Position numbers and translations under genes: made by a program. Source: Octopus vulgaris (lineage: Eukaryota). Taken from it: DNA of 64,000 bases. Positions 25,354 to 39,959 of this stretch are shown piece by piece. Location of the stretch: NCBI GenBank assembly GCA_951406725.2, contig OX597815.1:162936001-163000000 (forward strand), in the 5' to 3' direction. The notes under the pieces were generated by a model. It was not told the DNA's origin, searched no databases, and was given only the letters and a program-made list of their open reading frames with translations. Within the stretch, counting starts at the first letter, position 1; each line of letters opens with the position of its first letter.

Positions 25354-25552
25354 GTAAGGAAAGTTATATCAATATGTGATACTCTTCTCCTATTATAGGT
25401 CATAAATATACAACAGCTTAAATAGTTTAAATCTTGAGCCCTTGGCCCGTAGTTATTGTTTGATATTCCAGTTGATGAAAGAAAGCCTGTTGAGCTAACA
25501 GAATTGTTTGTATGTCAGGCAAGATGCTTAGCAGAATTTCTTTTGGTTCTTT

Positions 25553-25997
25553 ATAATAATAATAATGAAATTATTGTATACCGTGCTCGGGTGCACCACA
25601 ACTTGTCAAAAGTGCGTATAAAGCATATGCAGTAATGTACAAATGTCTGGAAAGTGAACAGTGTATGAGTCAGATACATGCTTGCATGTGTATGGAGGGG
25701 AGAAAATTAGGTGTAGTGTTGGCAAATCTCAGGAAGTTTTGAAGGATGCAGTGCTCTGACAACTAACAACTGATGCCGGTAGTTTGTTCCATACTTCAGC
25801 AACTCTTAGTGTGAAAAAATGTTTCTGAAAGTCATGGGAGCTGTGCTGTTTTCTGACTTTGTAAACATGTCCACGGATGTTAGACAGATGGAATTTGAAA
25901 AGTTGCTCAGAGTTATTGTTTGTAAGATGGTTAATAACTTTATGGGTGTCTACAAAGTCAGCTGCCAGACGTTGGGGTTTCAATGTATCCATGCCCG
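25553..25997 (-). mobile_element. second, shorter CR1/L2 LINE 3' fragment
   Basis: RGHVYKVRKQHSSHDFQKHFFTLRVAEVWNKLP, homologous to ~19240-19600. Confidence 0.85.
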
Positions 25998-28031
25998 ACT
26001 TCAAATTCCTTTGAGATCAACTATGTCTTTCATCCTTTCAATGTTGATAAAATAAGTACCAGTTGAGTACTTGGTTCAATGTAAATGACTTTCCCCCTCC
26101 CCTCAAAACATGTCAGCTTTGTGCCGAGATGTGAAATTATACAAACTGAAATTTTCAACTGAATATACAGTGTTAATAATTTTTTTACCATGTTTCTGTT
26201 GAAATACATGACTTTTGTTTAAGTAAATTTTAAGAATAATTAAGAATTTGGTAAAATAACACAGCCATTATAAGGTGATGTTTGGAATATAAATTAATAC
26301 AGAGTTTTGACAGAAGGGGTATAATTTAAGTTACCTTAGTATGGAATTAAATCATAGAATGAGGGGTAGTCTCTGATGGATTGGTATCGAAAGGATTAAT
26401 GGTCTGATACTCTACTGACACTGGACTGCTTCATATTAGCAAAGACCACAAAGTAATATCTGAAATAATCTTTTATCTTTTATTTGTTTCAGTCATTTGA
26501 CCGTGGCCATGCTAGAGCACAACCTTGAGTTTTAGTTGAAAAAATTGACCTCAGGACAGTTTTTTTTTTTTCTAATCCTGGAACTTACTCTATCAGTCTC
26601 TTTTTGCTGAACTGCTAAGTTACAGGGATGTAAACACACCAATAGCAGTTGTCAAGGGGGACAAACACAGGCATAAATACACACACATAGATATATGCAT
26701 ATATATACAATGGGATTCTTTTCAGTTTCCATCTACCAAATCCACTCATGAGGCTTTAGTCAGCCCAACACTATAGCAGAAGACACTTACCCAAAGTGTC
26801 ATGCAGTGGAACTGAACCTGGAACCATATGATTGGGAAGCAAGTTTCTTATCACAGAGCCACACCTATACCTATAACCATTTTAAGTTAGCTTTGTAACA
26901 CTTCTTCCTTTAAATATGACAACACTAGCTTAACTATTGTTTTTCAATGTAGGTGGTGTCATAGTAATTTATTCTCTGCACATTTCTATTTTCTTCATCA
27001 ATTTATGTACATTCTTGTACATTTACTTTGTGATTCCCCTATCACAACTTCAATAAGTAAAGAATGTTATGCTTTGCCATTTAAGTCATAATAAGGCTGA
27101 AACATGTTCAGAGTTGTCTCCCATAATTGCTGGGGTATGATATTAGTTCCTGAACTAATATTGTTTATATTTCCTTACCATGTAATTATTACCAGGTAAG
27201 TTTTTAATTCCAGATGCATTAAATATATTAAACCCTGACTGTGGCATAAGACCTGCGATCAGATTTTCTCCACCTGTAAGCTGTTTGTCATTGATTATAC
27301 TGTAAATATTTGTTCTTTCTTTCATTAGATTATTGATTAAAGTGTTATTAATCCTCATATATGCAATACACCTTTGAAGTTTGCTACCATAGCGACATAA
27401 CATTAAGATTACTAGTAGATAATTTGTTCCAAGTCTTACTTCACAGCATAAATTTCAAAGAAAATCTAAAAGAGATGGCTGAAAAGAGCAATAGAGAATG
27501 CAAAAAAAATCAAACAGGAGTCAAAGAAAATCTGATAAAAAGAATAAGCACATGAAGGTAGTTGAAGTAATATATCTGTAGACTAAGTAGGATTCTGACA
27601 AGCTGCTGTCACAAACATTTTGATCTAGCGCTGCTGTTGGTCCTTCATTATTAATCCAGGTGTATTAGTACTGGTTTGGGAAATTAAATTGCCAATCAGC
27701 AATAGAGGCTTTACATACCTGAGTGTATAAACAGCATGTATGAACTTGCAATAATCTTTTAAATACTTGCTACTTCTTGGTAAATATTAGCAACTGTAAA
27801 ACAACTTCAAGTTGTGTTAATATTTTTTATGTATTCATGTATGTGCATATGTATGTACTTATGGTATTTATGTTTATGTGTGTGTGTTGTATATATATAT
27901 AAATATATATATATATGCATGTATGTATGTATGTATGTATGTATGTATGTATGTATGTATGTATGTATGTATGTATGTATGTATATGTGTGTGTGTGTGT
28001 GTGTATATATATAAATATATATATATATATA

Positions 28032-28437
28032 CTAGCAGTATAGCCTGGAGTTGCTCGGGTTTGTTTTCTTTTTGACCCTTTAGAATTGGAACTTTTGAAA
28101 AGTAAAAATTTTTCATTATGTAGCTTGTTATTCTCTTTAAGCGAACATTTTTCTGGTTGAAATACACCAAAAAATGGTGACACAGCAGTCAAAAAATCGT
28201 AAACAATAGGGATTTTCATAGAAAAAAAAGCACCTTTTTGATGTAAATAATTTTGGGTCGTAACATGGTCTGATTTGAATTTTTCTTCTACGGAATGAAG
28301 AGCAAGTTTTCTTCTATCATACTCTCAATTTTGGTCAACTTGCGTCTCAGGGTCTCGGAGGAGATAGTGTTAGTTGAAAGCTACCAAACCTGCCACACAC
28401 ACACATGCACAGACAACTTCAGCTTTATATATAAAGA
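28032..28437 (-). mobile_element. non-autonomous Helitron
   Basis: Minus strand starts A|TCTTTATATATAAAG and ends with a GC-rich hairpin then CTAG|T. Related copies at 22345 and 30446. Confidence 0.7.
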
Positions 28438-28683
28438 TATATATATATATGTATATATATATAAGTATAGATATAGTGTGTGTGTGTGTAAGTATGGGTC
28501 TATAGTAAGAAATTTGCTTTCAAATCATATAGTTCTGGGTCCGGTTCTATTTCCAGTACCTTGGGCAAGTGTCTTCTACTATAGCCCCAGGCTAACCAAG
28601 ACCTTCTGAGTAGGTTTGCTTGCCAGAAACTCAGAAACTCGTTCCATTTTTCCCATTCTCTTTCCATTTTTTCTCTCTCAACC

Positions 28684-28720
28684 CTTTCTGTTGAAGAGCG
28701 TAGGCTCAAAACATCAAAGA
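28684..28720 (+). ncRNA. CpG-decayed minimal hammerhead (paralogue of 50435-50472)
   Basis: cttt CTGTTGA A GAGC gtag GCTC AAAA CA TC aaag. Confidence 0.55.
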
Positions 28721-28830
28721 CTTCTCCATTCTTCCTGAATGTCAAACTAATACACCTGCTTGTTGTTGCCTGTCTTCATCATTTGTCTTCATCATTTGTT
28801 TTCTGTAAATTTGAATTATATATATACATT

Positions 28831-29837
28831 TATTGGGTTGTTTTGCATGAAATGCTGTACTTGAAAGATAACAATAAAATGTTTCAGAAGTGTTAGAGAA
28901 CTGATCTATTTAATCAAAATTTGATCCATGTTCATTTATGACATTTACTCAATGTTTCTCTATGTCATATATTCCATCTTTAAAAAAAAATTCATCTTTT
29001 GCTGTGATAAACTGTCTGAATACTTCAATTGCCTCTTCTCTATTTAAGAATGCTTCATTGCTTATGAAATGCTCAAAATGCTTAAATAAGTGATTATCAG
29101 TACAAGAGATATCAGGGGAATAGGGAGAATGTTGCAAAATCTCATAATTCAGGCATTGCAGCTTTTGGACCATAGCTTGATGAGTGTGAAGACATGCATT
29201 GTCTTGGAGCAAAATTGGGCCATCTCTATTCACTAGTCTGGGTTGCTTCTTTTTAAAATTCTTATGCATACAATCAATTTCCTGGCAATACGATGTTGCT
29301 GATACCGTTTTTCCTTTTTTCAAAAATGAATAATGAATAACTCCCTTTACAGACCACCATACATTGACCACTAACTTTTTAGTATGCAATGGTGGGTTTG
29401 GGTAGTGTTTAGGTGACTCTCCTGCATATAATCGCTGTCTTGTTCTCCTGCTGTTGTCAAATAGTATCCATTTCTCATCACAAGTAATGACTTGATGCAA
29501 AAATGGTCTTTTTCCAGTCAATAAAGCAATAAGGAGCAAGCACACTTCGAGGCATCTGGTTTTTTTTTTTGAATCTCATTCAGTTGATGTGGAACAAACC
29601 TATCCATTTTCTTGACTTTTCCAATTTTTTACAGGTGTTCAAAATCAGTTGTGTTTGGAGTTCTGATGAAAGTTTTCAAACTATGTGTGTGTTTATAAAT
29701 ATAACAAAGATAATTTCATGAAATCAAGAATTTATCTTGTAAGTTATTTAAAATCAACACATTGTGTCTTTCATATATACAAAAGGTATTTTGGGTTAAA
29801 TTTAATATTTTGCATAAAAGCAAAGAAAGCCCAATAT
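28831..29837 (-). mobile_element. mariner (DD34D) transposon relic
   Basis: ORF 28949-29545: TCDEKW..LLQDNA..(34 aa)..SPDISCTD. FVPHQL (WVPHEL-like) lies upstream. Putative TIR ends TATTGGG at 28831 and CCCAATA at 29837. Confidence 0.88.
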
Positions 29838-29899
29838 CCCATTCCAAAATAAAAGTATTTTAAAAAGTTAAAAAATATCAGCTAGAATATGGCCGGGAG

Positions 29900-30110
29900 A
29901 TAACAGGTTACTTTAAATAGCTGTGAAGTTGTAGAAATTCTCTGACAACCACTTCCAGCTCTTTCTGGAAGTATAGCACCAAATCCTACAGCCATACGTA
30001 TAGCCTTCCAGCATCAACCCTCTCCAGCCAGGGATTGACTACAGTCTCCAGCAGATTCACTGACCTGTATGAATTGAGTGTAAGGCTCTGTTAAAAGATG
30101 TGGAGCAGTG
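29900..30110 (-). mobile_element. degenerate maT-like transposase fragment
   Basis: Manual translation LLETVVNPWLERVDAGRLYVWL resembles the region just before QQD in the element at 32680. Confidence 0.4.
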
Positions 30111-30445
30111 TGTATGTGCATGTGCTTAATCCTGCTGAAAATCTGTATTTCAGGGTAAATATGATAGCTTTAAGTAGGAATTATCTGGCACAGCGACCAG
30201 TCAAGTTAAATCTGTATTAGATCTGATGAATTGTCTTTTGGGGGATATAAACTGACCAAGGATAGGATATCTCTAGATCATCATTTAGTAATGAAAATTT
30301 CAAAAAAAAACCTGCCAAAGGACAAAAAAAAAATTCAATTTCGTCTCACCAAGAATATTTCTAAAATAGATAAAATTAGAACTAAAGGGCAGGGGGTAAA
30401 AGATGATGGGATTCAAATGAGATTCATATTGTTATGAAGGAGAAA

Positions 30446-30819
30446 TCTATATGTCTGTGTGTGGCAGGTTTGGTAGCCTTCAACTAACACTTTCTCCTCC
30501 CAGACCCTGCTGCAAAAGTTGACCAAAATTGAGAGTATGATGGAAGAAGGCTTGTTCTTCATTCCATAGAAGATAAAATTCAAATCGGACCATGTTTACA
30601 CCAAAAATTATTTACATCAAAAAGGTGCTTTTTTTCTATGAAAATCCCTATTGTTTACGATTTTTTGGCTGTTGTGTCACCATTTTTCGGTGTATTTCAA
30701 CCAGAAAAATGTTCCCTTAAAGGGAATAACAAGCTACATAATGCAAAATTTTTACTTTTCAAAAATTCTAATTCTAAAGGGCCAAAACAAACCCGAGCAA
30801 TGCCGGGCGATACTGCTAG
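30446..30819 (+). mobile_element. non-autonomous Helitron
   Basis: A|TC start, CCCGAGCAATGCCGGG hairpin, CTAG|T end. Reverse complement of 28032-28437. Confidence 0.7.
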
Positions 30820-32679
30820 TATTCTGATAAATATAATTTTAAATGGTATTACTCAAAATTGAAATACTGTTCTCTAGTTCTACAAAAGAAAACCAATAAT
30901 GGATCAATAATTAATTCAAATGGGAAATAATGTTCATTGATCACATGACTGATTTAAGGCATGCTGAATGTTTTTTTTTTTTTTTGTGCATGCTTTTACT
31001 GTGAGGTGGACTATATAAACTAGTGAGTGAACAAATGGTGTGAGTTTGGTGATGGGAACAGTTGATGTGAAGTCAGGTTACCAGGGACTATAGTCAGTGG
31101 GAATTTGACATAAAGACAATCAGAGATGTGACCAGTCAAAGCAAACCTGGATGATGAAGAACCACTTTACGCAAAACATCCAGCTGAGTGCGATTACTTC
31201 TTCCAAGTTGGCTTGTTGGGCTGGCCTGCAGTTTCCCAGCTGCCGACTTGGCTGTTGAAGCCGTGTTGATGTTTAGGAGGCCACTTTTTGCTACAATATA
31301 ATGTATGAAACCATCTGTGTAGCATATGACAGCTTTGGAATTGCTTCAGTCATGTGACCTGAGGTGTAATCTATGCATTGAATTCATTCAACAATTTTGA
31401 ATTTCTAAATTTCAAATGATTGAAATAGAAAAATATATAAATTGGAAGTCAGAATGATGCTGAGGATATCAGTGTGTCACATGTTTGAAGAAGAATGTAT
31501 GAATGTGATTATAAATATCACTTGTGTGGATATGAGCATATATCATCTAAGTGTTGTGAAGTTGGTGAAACTTGCATTTAGAGTGGAAAAAAAAAAAGGA
31601 GTCATTTTTACAGCAGTATGTAAATCTACAGAAAGGGCTGAGGAAATTGAAAAAGGAAGATTTATGAAAGTAGCATGAAAGTCACCAGAGTAATCAATGT
31701 GAAGGTCAGTTGTGTTAAAGTTAAAATGGAAATGGAGATGGAATGGAAACTATACATCAGAACTTTTGGGTGGATCTGAATAAACCTAAATTAAGAAAGT
31801 GTTATCTCGAAGCATTTTTGATGGATTGCTCATTGAAAATTTGGGAGAATTTGGATGCATTTTTAGAAATTGATGAGAATAGAGGCTTTGAATGTTATTG
31901 TTTGCAGATGTAAAAAAAAAAAAAACCATGACTTGCTTTGATATGTACGTGATGAATGTTGATAGTTCTTCATTAATTTATGAGATTGAAGTGAAGTTCC
32001 ATGACAATTTGGGAGATTAAGAGGTTTGGAGGATAGTATTCTTCTCAAGGAAACACCAGTTTATATAATTATTTTGAGGCAAGAACAAAACTAAATACAG
32101 TAAACTACTCAGCTTAGTGAAGATGGGGAAACTAATTAAGATCCTTTTAGAAAAAGCTCTTCCCAGAGGGCTTAAATACTCCCCTTCTTTAGTGGATTGT
32201 TGAAATGCAGATGGAAATCCTGGGAAAAAATATAGAGTTTATTAACTCAGTGTAAATAAAAGAATTTATTCAAATTCTTATAACACTTCAAATACTGAGC
32301 CAATAATCAATAGTTTACTCTCTTTCTGGAATGAATAATTTTTGGTAAATTAGATCTAAAGGAACCCATCATCAGATTGAAATACATTTTGAAGCAAGAG
32401 AAGCTGTTACAATATATACATTAAATTTTTTAAATAGTTGTTTTGAAGATAGACAGGTCTTTCATATGGAGTTAAAACAGTGCTATATTTCAGAGAGCAA
32501 CTCTGTATATCATTGGAAATGACTCTGATAATGTTTACCAAATTAATATGTGTGTGCATGTGTGTGAATACACAAGGTGCAATAAATAAATTGTCGTCTA
32601 AATTATGCAAAAATGAAAATAACACTGACATCTCATTTTGACAGATATATTTACCAAAATTACATAAGAATATCTTCAA

Positions 32680-33305
32680 ATACTATAGAGTAAATTTATT
32701 CAATAAAATCACCATTGGCTTCAACCATGGCCTCTAGAAGAATTCAGAATCTCCTGCAATTCTTATGGACGGTCTCCTTGTTTAATGTGGTGAATGCTGC
32801 CATAATCCTTGCCATCAGTTCATCTTTGGTGATACAAGGAGTTTTGTTGGTCTCTCGCTCAGCTATGCCCCACACATAATAATCGAGGTGGTTGCAGTCC
32901 AGGGAGTTAGGTAGCCAGATGTTAGGAGTGAAATGGTTGTAGAAATTGTCTGACAGCCATGACTGGGTCCTCATGCTTGTGTGGTATGGTGCAAAGTCCT
33001 GTTGTCAGACATAGTTAGGGTCTTCCAGCAGCTACCGTCTTAACCCAGGTTGCTCTCCTTCCCCCAGGCTCTTGATGTAGGCCTCTGTATTGAGTCTGAG
33101 GCCATGTAGGAAGATGAATGGAGGCATAATATCACCATCACTAGTGATCACTCCAAATACTATGATGTTGACTGGATGGTACATGTCTGGGGGACACAGC
33201 AAGCCAATGGGTGTTATGTATGTTGACCATTTGATCCTGTAAGAAATTTTTCTCGTCTGAGAAAAGCCAAAGCATGTTTGGTTAGAGGAGATGCTTGAGT
33301 TTGTG
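32680..33305 (-). mobile_element. Tc1/mariner superfamily, maT (DD37D) transposase fragment
   Basis: LFSDEKNF .. QQDFAPYHTS ..(37 aa between the two Ds).. WLPNSLDCNHLDYYVWG. Confidence 0.8.
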
Positions 33306-34106
33306 ATATACTGTGACTGCGAAAACCTGACAAATGAAGTGAGTTCATGGCTTGCAGGACAGCCTGCTGTGCTAACCTTGGATTATAGGGTGACCCGCTA
33401 TGCTTGAGGAGACCTATTGAGTCAAGTATGTCAACATCAACATCAAAATAAAAATCAAATGGAAATTGTAGTTATGATACCTTTGCAGGTGGCATGTAAA
33501 AAGCACCATCCAAACATCACTGATGCCAGCGCCGCCTGACTGGCATCCATGTCGGTGACATTTAAAAAGCTCCAACCGATCATGGCTGTTTGCCAGCCTC
33601 CTCTGGCCCCTGTGCTGGTGGCATGTAAAATACACCCACTGCACTCATGGAGTGGTTGGCGTTAGGAATGGCATCCAGCTGTAGAAACACTGCCAGATCA
33701 GACTGGAGCCTGGCACAGCCTCCTGGCTTCCCAGATGCCAGTCGAACCATCCAACCCATGTTAGCATGGAAAGTGGATGTTAAATGATGATGATGATGAT
33801 AGCTCAAAACAGATTCATATTCCATGCTACTTAGAATGTCAAACCTCATGAGGCTTATCACCGGGCTTTCTTCTGCCCAACAATAAGCTTCATGAGTTTT
33901 GAAATTTTAAGTAGCATGGAATTTGAATCAAACTGCTTTGATCCATACATGTAACTCTCAAATAATGTGTTGAGTGCCCTCCTTTTGTTTGTTCACTCAC
34001 TCAAATATATATATGTGTGTGTATTATTTATGTATATATGAATGTGTGTGTATGTACATACACACACACTTGCACACGCATGCGTGCACAGACACACACA
34101 CACACA

Positions 34107-34143
<37 letters not shown>

Positions 34144-34916
34144 CACGTAGTATTAATCCTGTTGAAAATCTGTGTCTCATGGTAGATATAACAAAATGTT
34201 GAAATTATCAGGCACGATGACTAATCGAGCTAAACCTGTGTTAGAATCTGAAGAATTGGCATTTGTGGGATATAGACCAACAAAAGAAAGGGAGATCTCA
34301 AGCTTATCATTTAGCAATGAGAATTTCAGATGTAAATCCACCAAAGAATATGAAGCAAACAGAATCGTTTTTCAGACCTGTTAATTTCTGTGGTGGAAGA
34401 TTTATTGATTCTTATTGAAACCATATATCACTGCTTGCATCACTTCATAAATGTGATATCTATTTTCATGGGAAACCCAACAATAAAAGGCATTGGGCAT
34501 ATAATGTTGATATTAGCATCAAAATCAAGGGTCCAGTTTTATGGTGTTGCAAATGAAACTACCTTAATAACTGATGCATTTGAAAGGGCTACATTGCAAC
34601 TATTTCCATGTGATAGCAATCATGTGTTATATTTGTCTAGAGTATTAAAAACAACTGAAACAAGATATTAAACCGTTGGAAGGAAAGCCTTGATGAAGAG
34701 GGCAGCTATTTTATACTTGGCTGAAAATTTAGCTTGGTCTCAGACCTTAGGCCACTAAATTTATTTTGTGTAACATATTTAGATTGCCAAAAGCAATATG
34801 TGTATGTATTTTAAAACAGATCTCAGAAATGGTTGCATTTGATTATGAAATATTATATGTAAAGGAATCTCAAATGCTACATGTTATTGCATAATCCATG
34901 ATCGAATTTATTAATA

Positions 34917-35281
34917 ATAAGAGGATTCAGAGAGTGCAAACCTCCGCCAAAGCAACACCAACATCCCCTCAATGATTAGCCGGGGATGATTTTTAAAATG
35001 AGAGTATCTGAAATAAACTCGACTGCTCTCACAAACGAGAATACTAAAAATGAACCTGACTGCTCTCAAAAATTAAGTAAAAAAAAAAAAAGGAAAAATA
35101 ATCCAGAATCCTTGTCCGGTACTGGATTGATCCCAAAATCTAATCAGTTTGTGCCAGTCATGAGGCCAAGCATCTCTGAAAGTTTCATCCGAATCCATCT
35201 GGCAGTTCTTGAGATGTCTTGTCCACAGACAAACAAATAAACAAACATGACTAAAAACAATTGCTAAAGTGGCGGTAATAA
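34917..35281 (-). mobile_element. Helentron-associated (HINE/DINE-like) element
   Basis: Homologous to 52019-52393; subterminal ACCTCCGCC motif and terminal palindrome. Confidence 0.6.
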
Positions 35282-38200
35282 TATTGGTTTGAAGACCTAA
35301 AGGTTGACCAAAACCAAGAATGCGATGTTTGGATAATCATTAATTTCAGTTGGAAGTGTAATGATGGTTGCTTCTGACAGGACTCTAGGATGAGGTGCCT
35401 GAGGACTCTGGTCCCAAGACCCTCCTAGGAATCATGGGTAGAGAAGATGGACGAATAGATGAATGGATGGGTGAATGATTCTTTCAACACTTTTGGAGAA
35501 ACTGATCTTATAAAAAGTGAAAATATATAGTTAGAGACTGCTAATCATATTTTATCTAATATATTAATAATCTTAGGCACAAAGCCTAACATTTTGGAGA
35601 GGGGGGGCTAAATGATTACGTCAACCCCAGTGCATGACTGGTACTTATTTTATTGACCCTGAAAGAATGAAAAGCAAAGTCCACTTTGGTGGAATTTGAA
35701 CTCAGAATGTCAAGATGAATGAAATGTCTCTAAGCATTTTTCCCAGCATGCTAATGATTCTATCAGGTTACCACCTTACCCAAGATATTAATAATAACTG
35801 GAGCAATTGTCCTACTGTTGAAAGGCCTCTTAAGTTATTAAAAGTTAAGTCACAGATGAAAGATTGTATATTGCGTAATGGAGAATTGATTGCTTCATCA
35901 AACTGCTTTAGAAATTTAATGATAAAAGCCAGCTATGAGATTTGCATTGTGGTTCAACGATAATTTTGTGAGGTAGCTGTTGGAATTGGTGAAGACCATT
36001 GTTGTGCAGTCTAGCCAGCTGTGTGTATTATAAAAGAAGCAAACTCACAAACGTTTAATGTATTTTTTGGTAGAAATGATCTACTCTGTTGGCTATCTAG
36101 AAAAGAAAAATCTAGATGATATAACTGCCAGTTGAGAGGAGAGAACTACACTGTCTTGTTGAAGGTTAGCTGTAGTACATTGTGTGTGAGTGTTCAAAGC
36201 TGTCTCTTGTTCAACATAATCTGCCTGGTGAGTTAGGTGCTAAACTGTTTAAGTAAGATAAAAAGGGAGCAAATTTTAGAACATCCAAGAAGCCTCATCA
36301 TGCCACAGCGTCACTACTGGTTGATCGATTTATAGATTAATCACACGAAATGACATATTCATGATCCCTAACTGATTATTTCATGGTTGGGGCTTGAATC
36401 CCTACAATAAGAAGCATATTTCAGAAGCATGGTGGCCAAGTTTTTGTGAATGTATGGAATATGTAAGCTGTCTGATACATACTAGAATAAAATTGAAACC
36501 ATCTCAGAGAATACATGCTCATCCTCAAAGAGATTGAAGTATGGCTATATATGTTTATGGATTATCCTTGTGTCTAGTATAATAGATTGTTTTTAATTCC
36601 ATAATACTTGTTGATGCATACCTCTGGATGGTCAGGATTAATAGTGAGATAAGAATAAAAGGAGTAAAAACAGTTAGGTCAGTATTAAGAACTGTATTTG
36701 CCAGAAATAGTGTTTCAGAAACATTAGTGTCTGAAATGAATTTAGTAATAACGACTTGTGTACATTGCTTGATAAGATCAAATGTAAAATTATGGAAATG
36801 TCTCCATATCATCTAAAAATCAAACGGAATTGCTGAAAGAATGGTCGCAAGTGTTAAAAGTGGGTTTAAAAGCGTATTTACCAAAGTAAAGGTTCCATTA
36901 ATGCACATTTGATTCATTCACATGCTTTTGAGTTACCAGACAATCCATTACACAGAAAGACTTCTAAGTCCGTCTGCTTCAATAGGCAGGCAAATACGAT
37001 CACCAATAACATTGTCTTATGAAAGTGCAGCTCTAGTTTGATATCGATGCAAACTAGATTCATATTTCAAGCAGGAAATAAATACAGCTGTGACTCTTTA
37101 AGGTGAACAGGGTATAATATCTAATAAGCAACAACACAGATATTGATCCTGAGCAAAATGTAGAATCACAACCATGAGCTTTCAGTGCCATTCCAGACTG
37201 TACTAACGGACATTGTGATTTGATGACTGATACAGGAACAATCGTAACAAAAGATTGTGGCTGCCAGGTTGATGTAAGAGTTTAGTCCCCTTTCTTTGTT
37301 AAATAAAATGTCTGAACGTAAAGCTTAAGATATGAATGTGGCTGTATTTGAAAACACTGCATGACACAAAAGTGCACACATACATATTACTATGTACACA
37401 CACAGAGACACACTGACATATACTCACACACACACACTCACACATACATAACAAATACACACACACTCGTACATGCATGCACGATTATACACACGTATAT
37501 GATTATGCATACATATAGACATATGTGTCTCTATTTTGGAAACTGTATCTCATCATCATCATCATCATCATTCAACATTGCTTTTTCCATGTTAGCATGT
37601 ATTGGACAGTTTGTCATGAACTGATGAGCCAAAGGGTTGCACTGAGCTCTTAATGTCTGCTTTGGTTTGGTTTCTACAGTTTCATGCCCTTCCTAACACC
37701 AGCTACCTTAAAGAGTATTGCTGAGTGCTTCTTTGCATAGCACCAGTTCTGTTGAGATCACCAAGTACTCACCAAGTCAAGACCCCTCAACTGAACTGAG
37801 GAATAAGAAAGTATGATAGAGGAGAGGAGCATGTGTCTTGCTGAAGAGGTGAAAATGTGGCTTCCTATCTGGAAAGCATGATAGAGAGAGAGAGAGAGAG
37901 AGTGAGAGAGAAAGGGAGAGATAAATATGTGAGATCAAGGTACAAAGGGAATATGAAAGACAGAATAGGAGTCAGGGACTGAAAAGTGTGACAACATGGT
38001 AAATGATTGATGGTAAAGGACAATTAGATGTGGAGTACCTCTCATTAGCTATGGAATCCATAGTTTCAATGGTTGGTCAACTGATCCTGAGAGCCTTTTT
38101 CTTTGGATTGCAGCAATACTTAGAAAGAGTAAATAGTATTGCTTTTGTGTACATATCTGAAGAGCCTAGTGTGTTGTTTAAATCTTAATTTAAAAGTTAT

Positions 38201-39029
38201 TTTAGTTATACTTGTAGTTTTGCTTTTTTACATTATTGCAGTTTCCAACAGAGACCATCACTCAATACATTAAACTTTCTTGAAGAAATTACCATCAAGT
38301 GGACAAGTATCAGTTACAAGGAAATTGTAATATAGTAGATAAGTTTGTGTATTTGTTTATGTCAGGTTTAAGGATGCAGCAAAGTTCAGAAGAATTTGGA
38401 ATCATTTTGACAATACTTCTGTTAAAGATATTGTAGTACATACAGTTTATATAGAAGAGTTTATTTCTTAGAAACAGTTTATATAGAAGAGTTTATTTCA
38501 TATTTTAGGAAGGATCAGACAATATTTGAACTGTCATATACTGTGTCAAAAAGTGTGTTATACCAATTATCTTACTTGTTCTGTTTATGTTAGTAATCAG
38601 TTTTTTTTCTTTCTCTGTAAACTTATTTCTGCGTAATATATTGTAATATTCCCTAAGACATTTACAGAATTCTTTAGAGAAGGATATGCCTGAGGTCTGT
38701 CCACTACTGTTGCTAAGCAAGCTTTTTAAAATAATGGAATGTTTGTAGCTGTACAGCAGAGTTCTTATTACATTTTCTGTATGAGTGGTATTTATCTGAA
38801 TTTAAGTTTGATGTTATCTCTAAAAAATTAATTATATCTATTGTAGTACTAACATAAACCTTAGGTTAAAATCTTCTTTTCTAAATGTCTAGTTGGTGCA
38901 TCTTCTTATAATGGGATATGATTAATCTGCTATTTTTGTAAAGTAGTAGTTCTAGTTAGTTAAATATTTGTTCTATAAGAGAATATTCCTATTAAGTTAC
39001 ATAGTTTTGCTCCTTTAAAGCACTCCATG

Positions 39030-39250
39030 TACAAGGGAGTGCTGGAAAGTTCCTGGTTTTAAGGGCCATTGTGAAAGGCCTGATTGGAGGCCCAAACTTT
39101 TGAGTTCTTTACAGGGGTTAGAAAAACTGAAGGATCACTGCAATAAGTGTGTGAATCTGATAGGAATATGTAGAATAAAGCCGTAATTAACTGATCCTCC
39201 TATATTTTCTTTTACCCAAAGCCAGGAACTTTTCAGCAGCCCCTCATGTA
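39030..39250. mobile_element. mariner-type MITE, copy 1
   Basis: TIRs TACAAGGGAGTGCTGGAAAGTTCCTGG and CCAGGAACTTTTCAGCAGCCCCTCATGTA; TA ends. Confidence 0.75.
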
Positions 39251-39254
39251 TGTT

Positions 39255-39312
<58 letters not shown>

Positions 39313-39472
39313 TGGCTGTGTGGTAAGTAGCTTGCTAACCAACCACATGGTTCCGGGTTCAGTCCCACTGCGTGGCATCTTGGGCAAGTGTCTTCTGCTA
39401 TAGCCCGGGCCGACCAATGCCTTGTGAGTGGATTTGGTAGACGGAAGCTGAAAGAAGCCTGTCGTATATATG

Positions 39473-39503
<31 letters not shown>

Positions 39504-39726
39504 TTGTGTGTCCCCCTAGCATTGCTTGATAACCGATGCTGGTGTGTTTGTGTCCCCGTCACTTAGCGGTTCGGCAAAAGAGACCGATAGAGTAAGTACT
39601 GGGCTTACAAAGAATAAGTCCCGGGGTCGATTTGCTCGACTAAAGGCGGTGCTCCAGCATGGCCGCAGTCAAATGACTGAAACAAGTAAAAGAGTAAAAG
39701 AGAGTATATATATGTACACATACATA

Positions 39727-39939
39727 TACAAAAGGATGCTGAAAAGTTCCTGGCTTTAAAGGTATTGCAAAAGGCCTAGCCAGAGGCCCAGTCTTACGTG
39801 TTCTTTACAGGGCTTAGGAAAACTGAAGGACCACTGCAATAAGTGTGCGAATCTGAGAGGGGAATATGTTGAATAAATTCATAATTAATTGATCCTCCTT
39901 TATTTTCTTTTAGCCAGGAACTTTCAGCACCCCCTCGTA
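39727..39939. mobile_element. mariner-type MITE, copy 2
   Basis: Same TIRs and interior as 39030-39250. Confidence 0.75.
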
Positions 39940-39959
39940 TGTTAGTGAAACAATTAATG

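Larger units (their letters stand above)
31000..37340 (+). mobile_element. heavily decayed Ty3/Gypsy LTR retrotransposon pol, split by later insertions
   Basis: RT remnant FGKLDLK..HQIEI (~32340-32400); RNase H LITDAF..VLYLSRVLKTTETRY (~34560-34670); integrase VLRTVFARNSVSETLVS and YHLKSNGIAERMV (~36610-36860). Order RT-RH-IN. Boundaries are approximate. Confidence 0.7.

Noticed and set aside
28949-29545. Domesticated SETMAR-like host gene
   Set aside because: It is truncated and frameshifted upstream, with no SET domain or exon structure.
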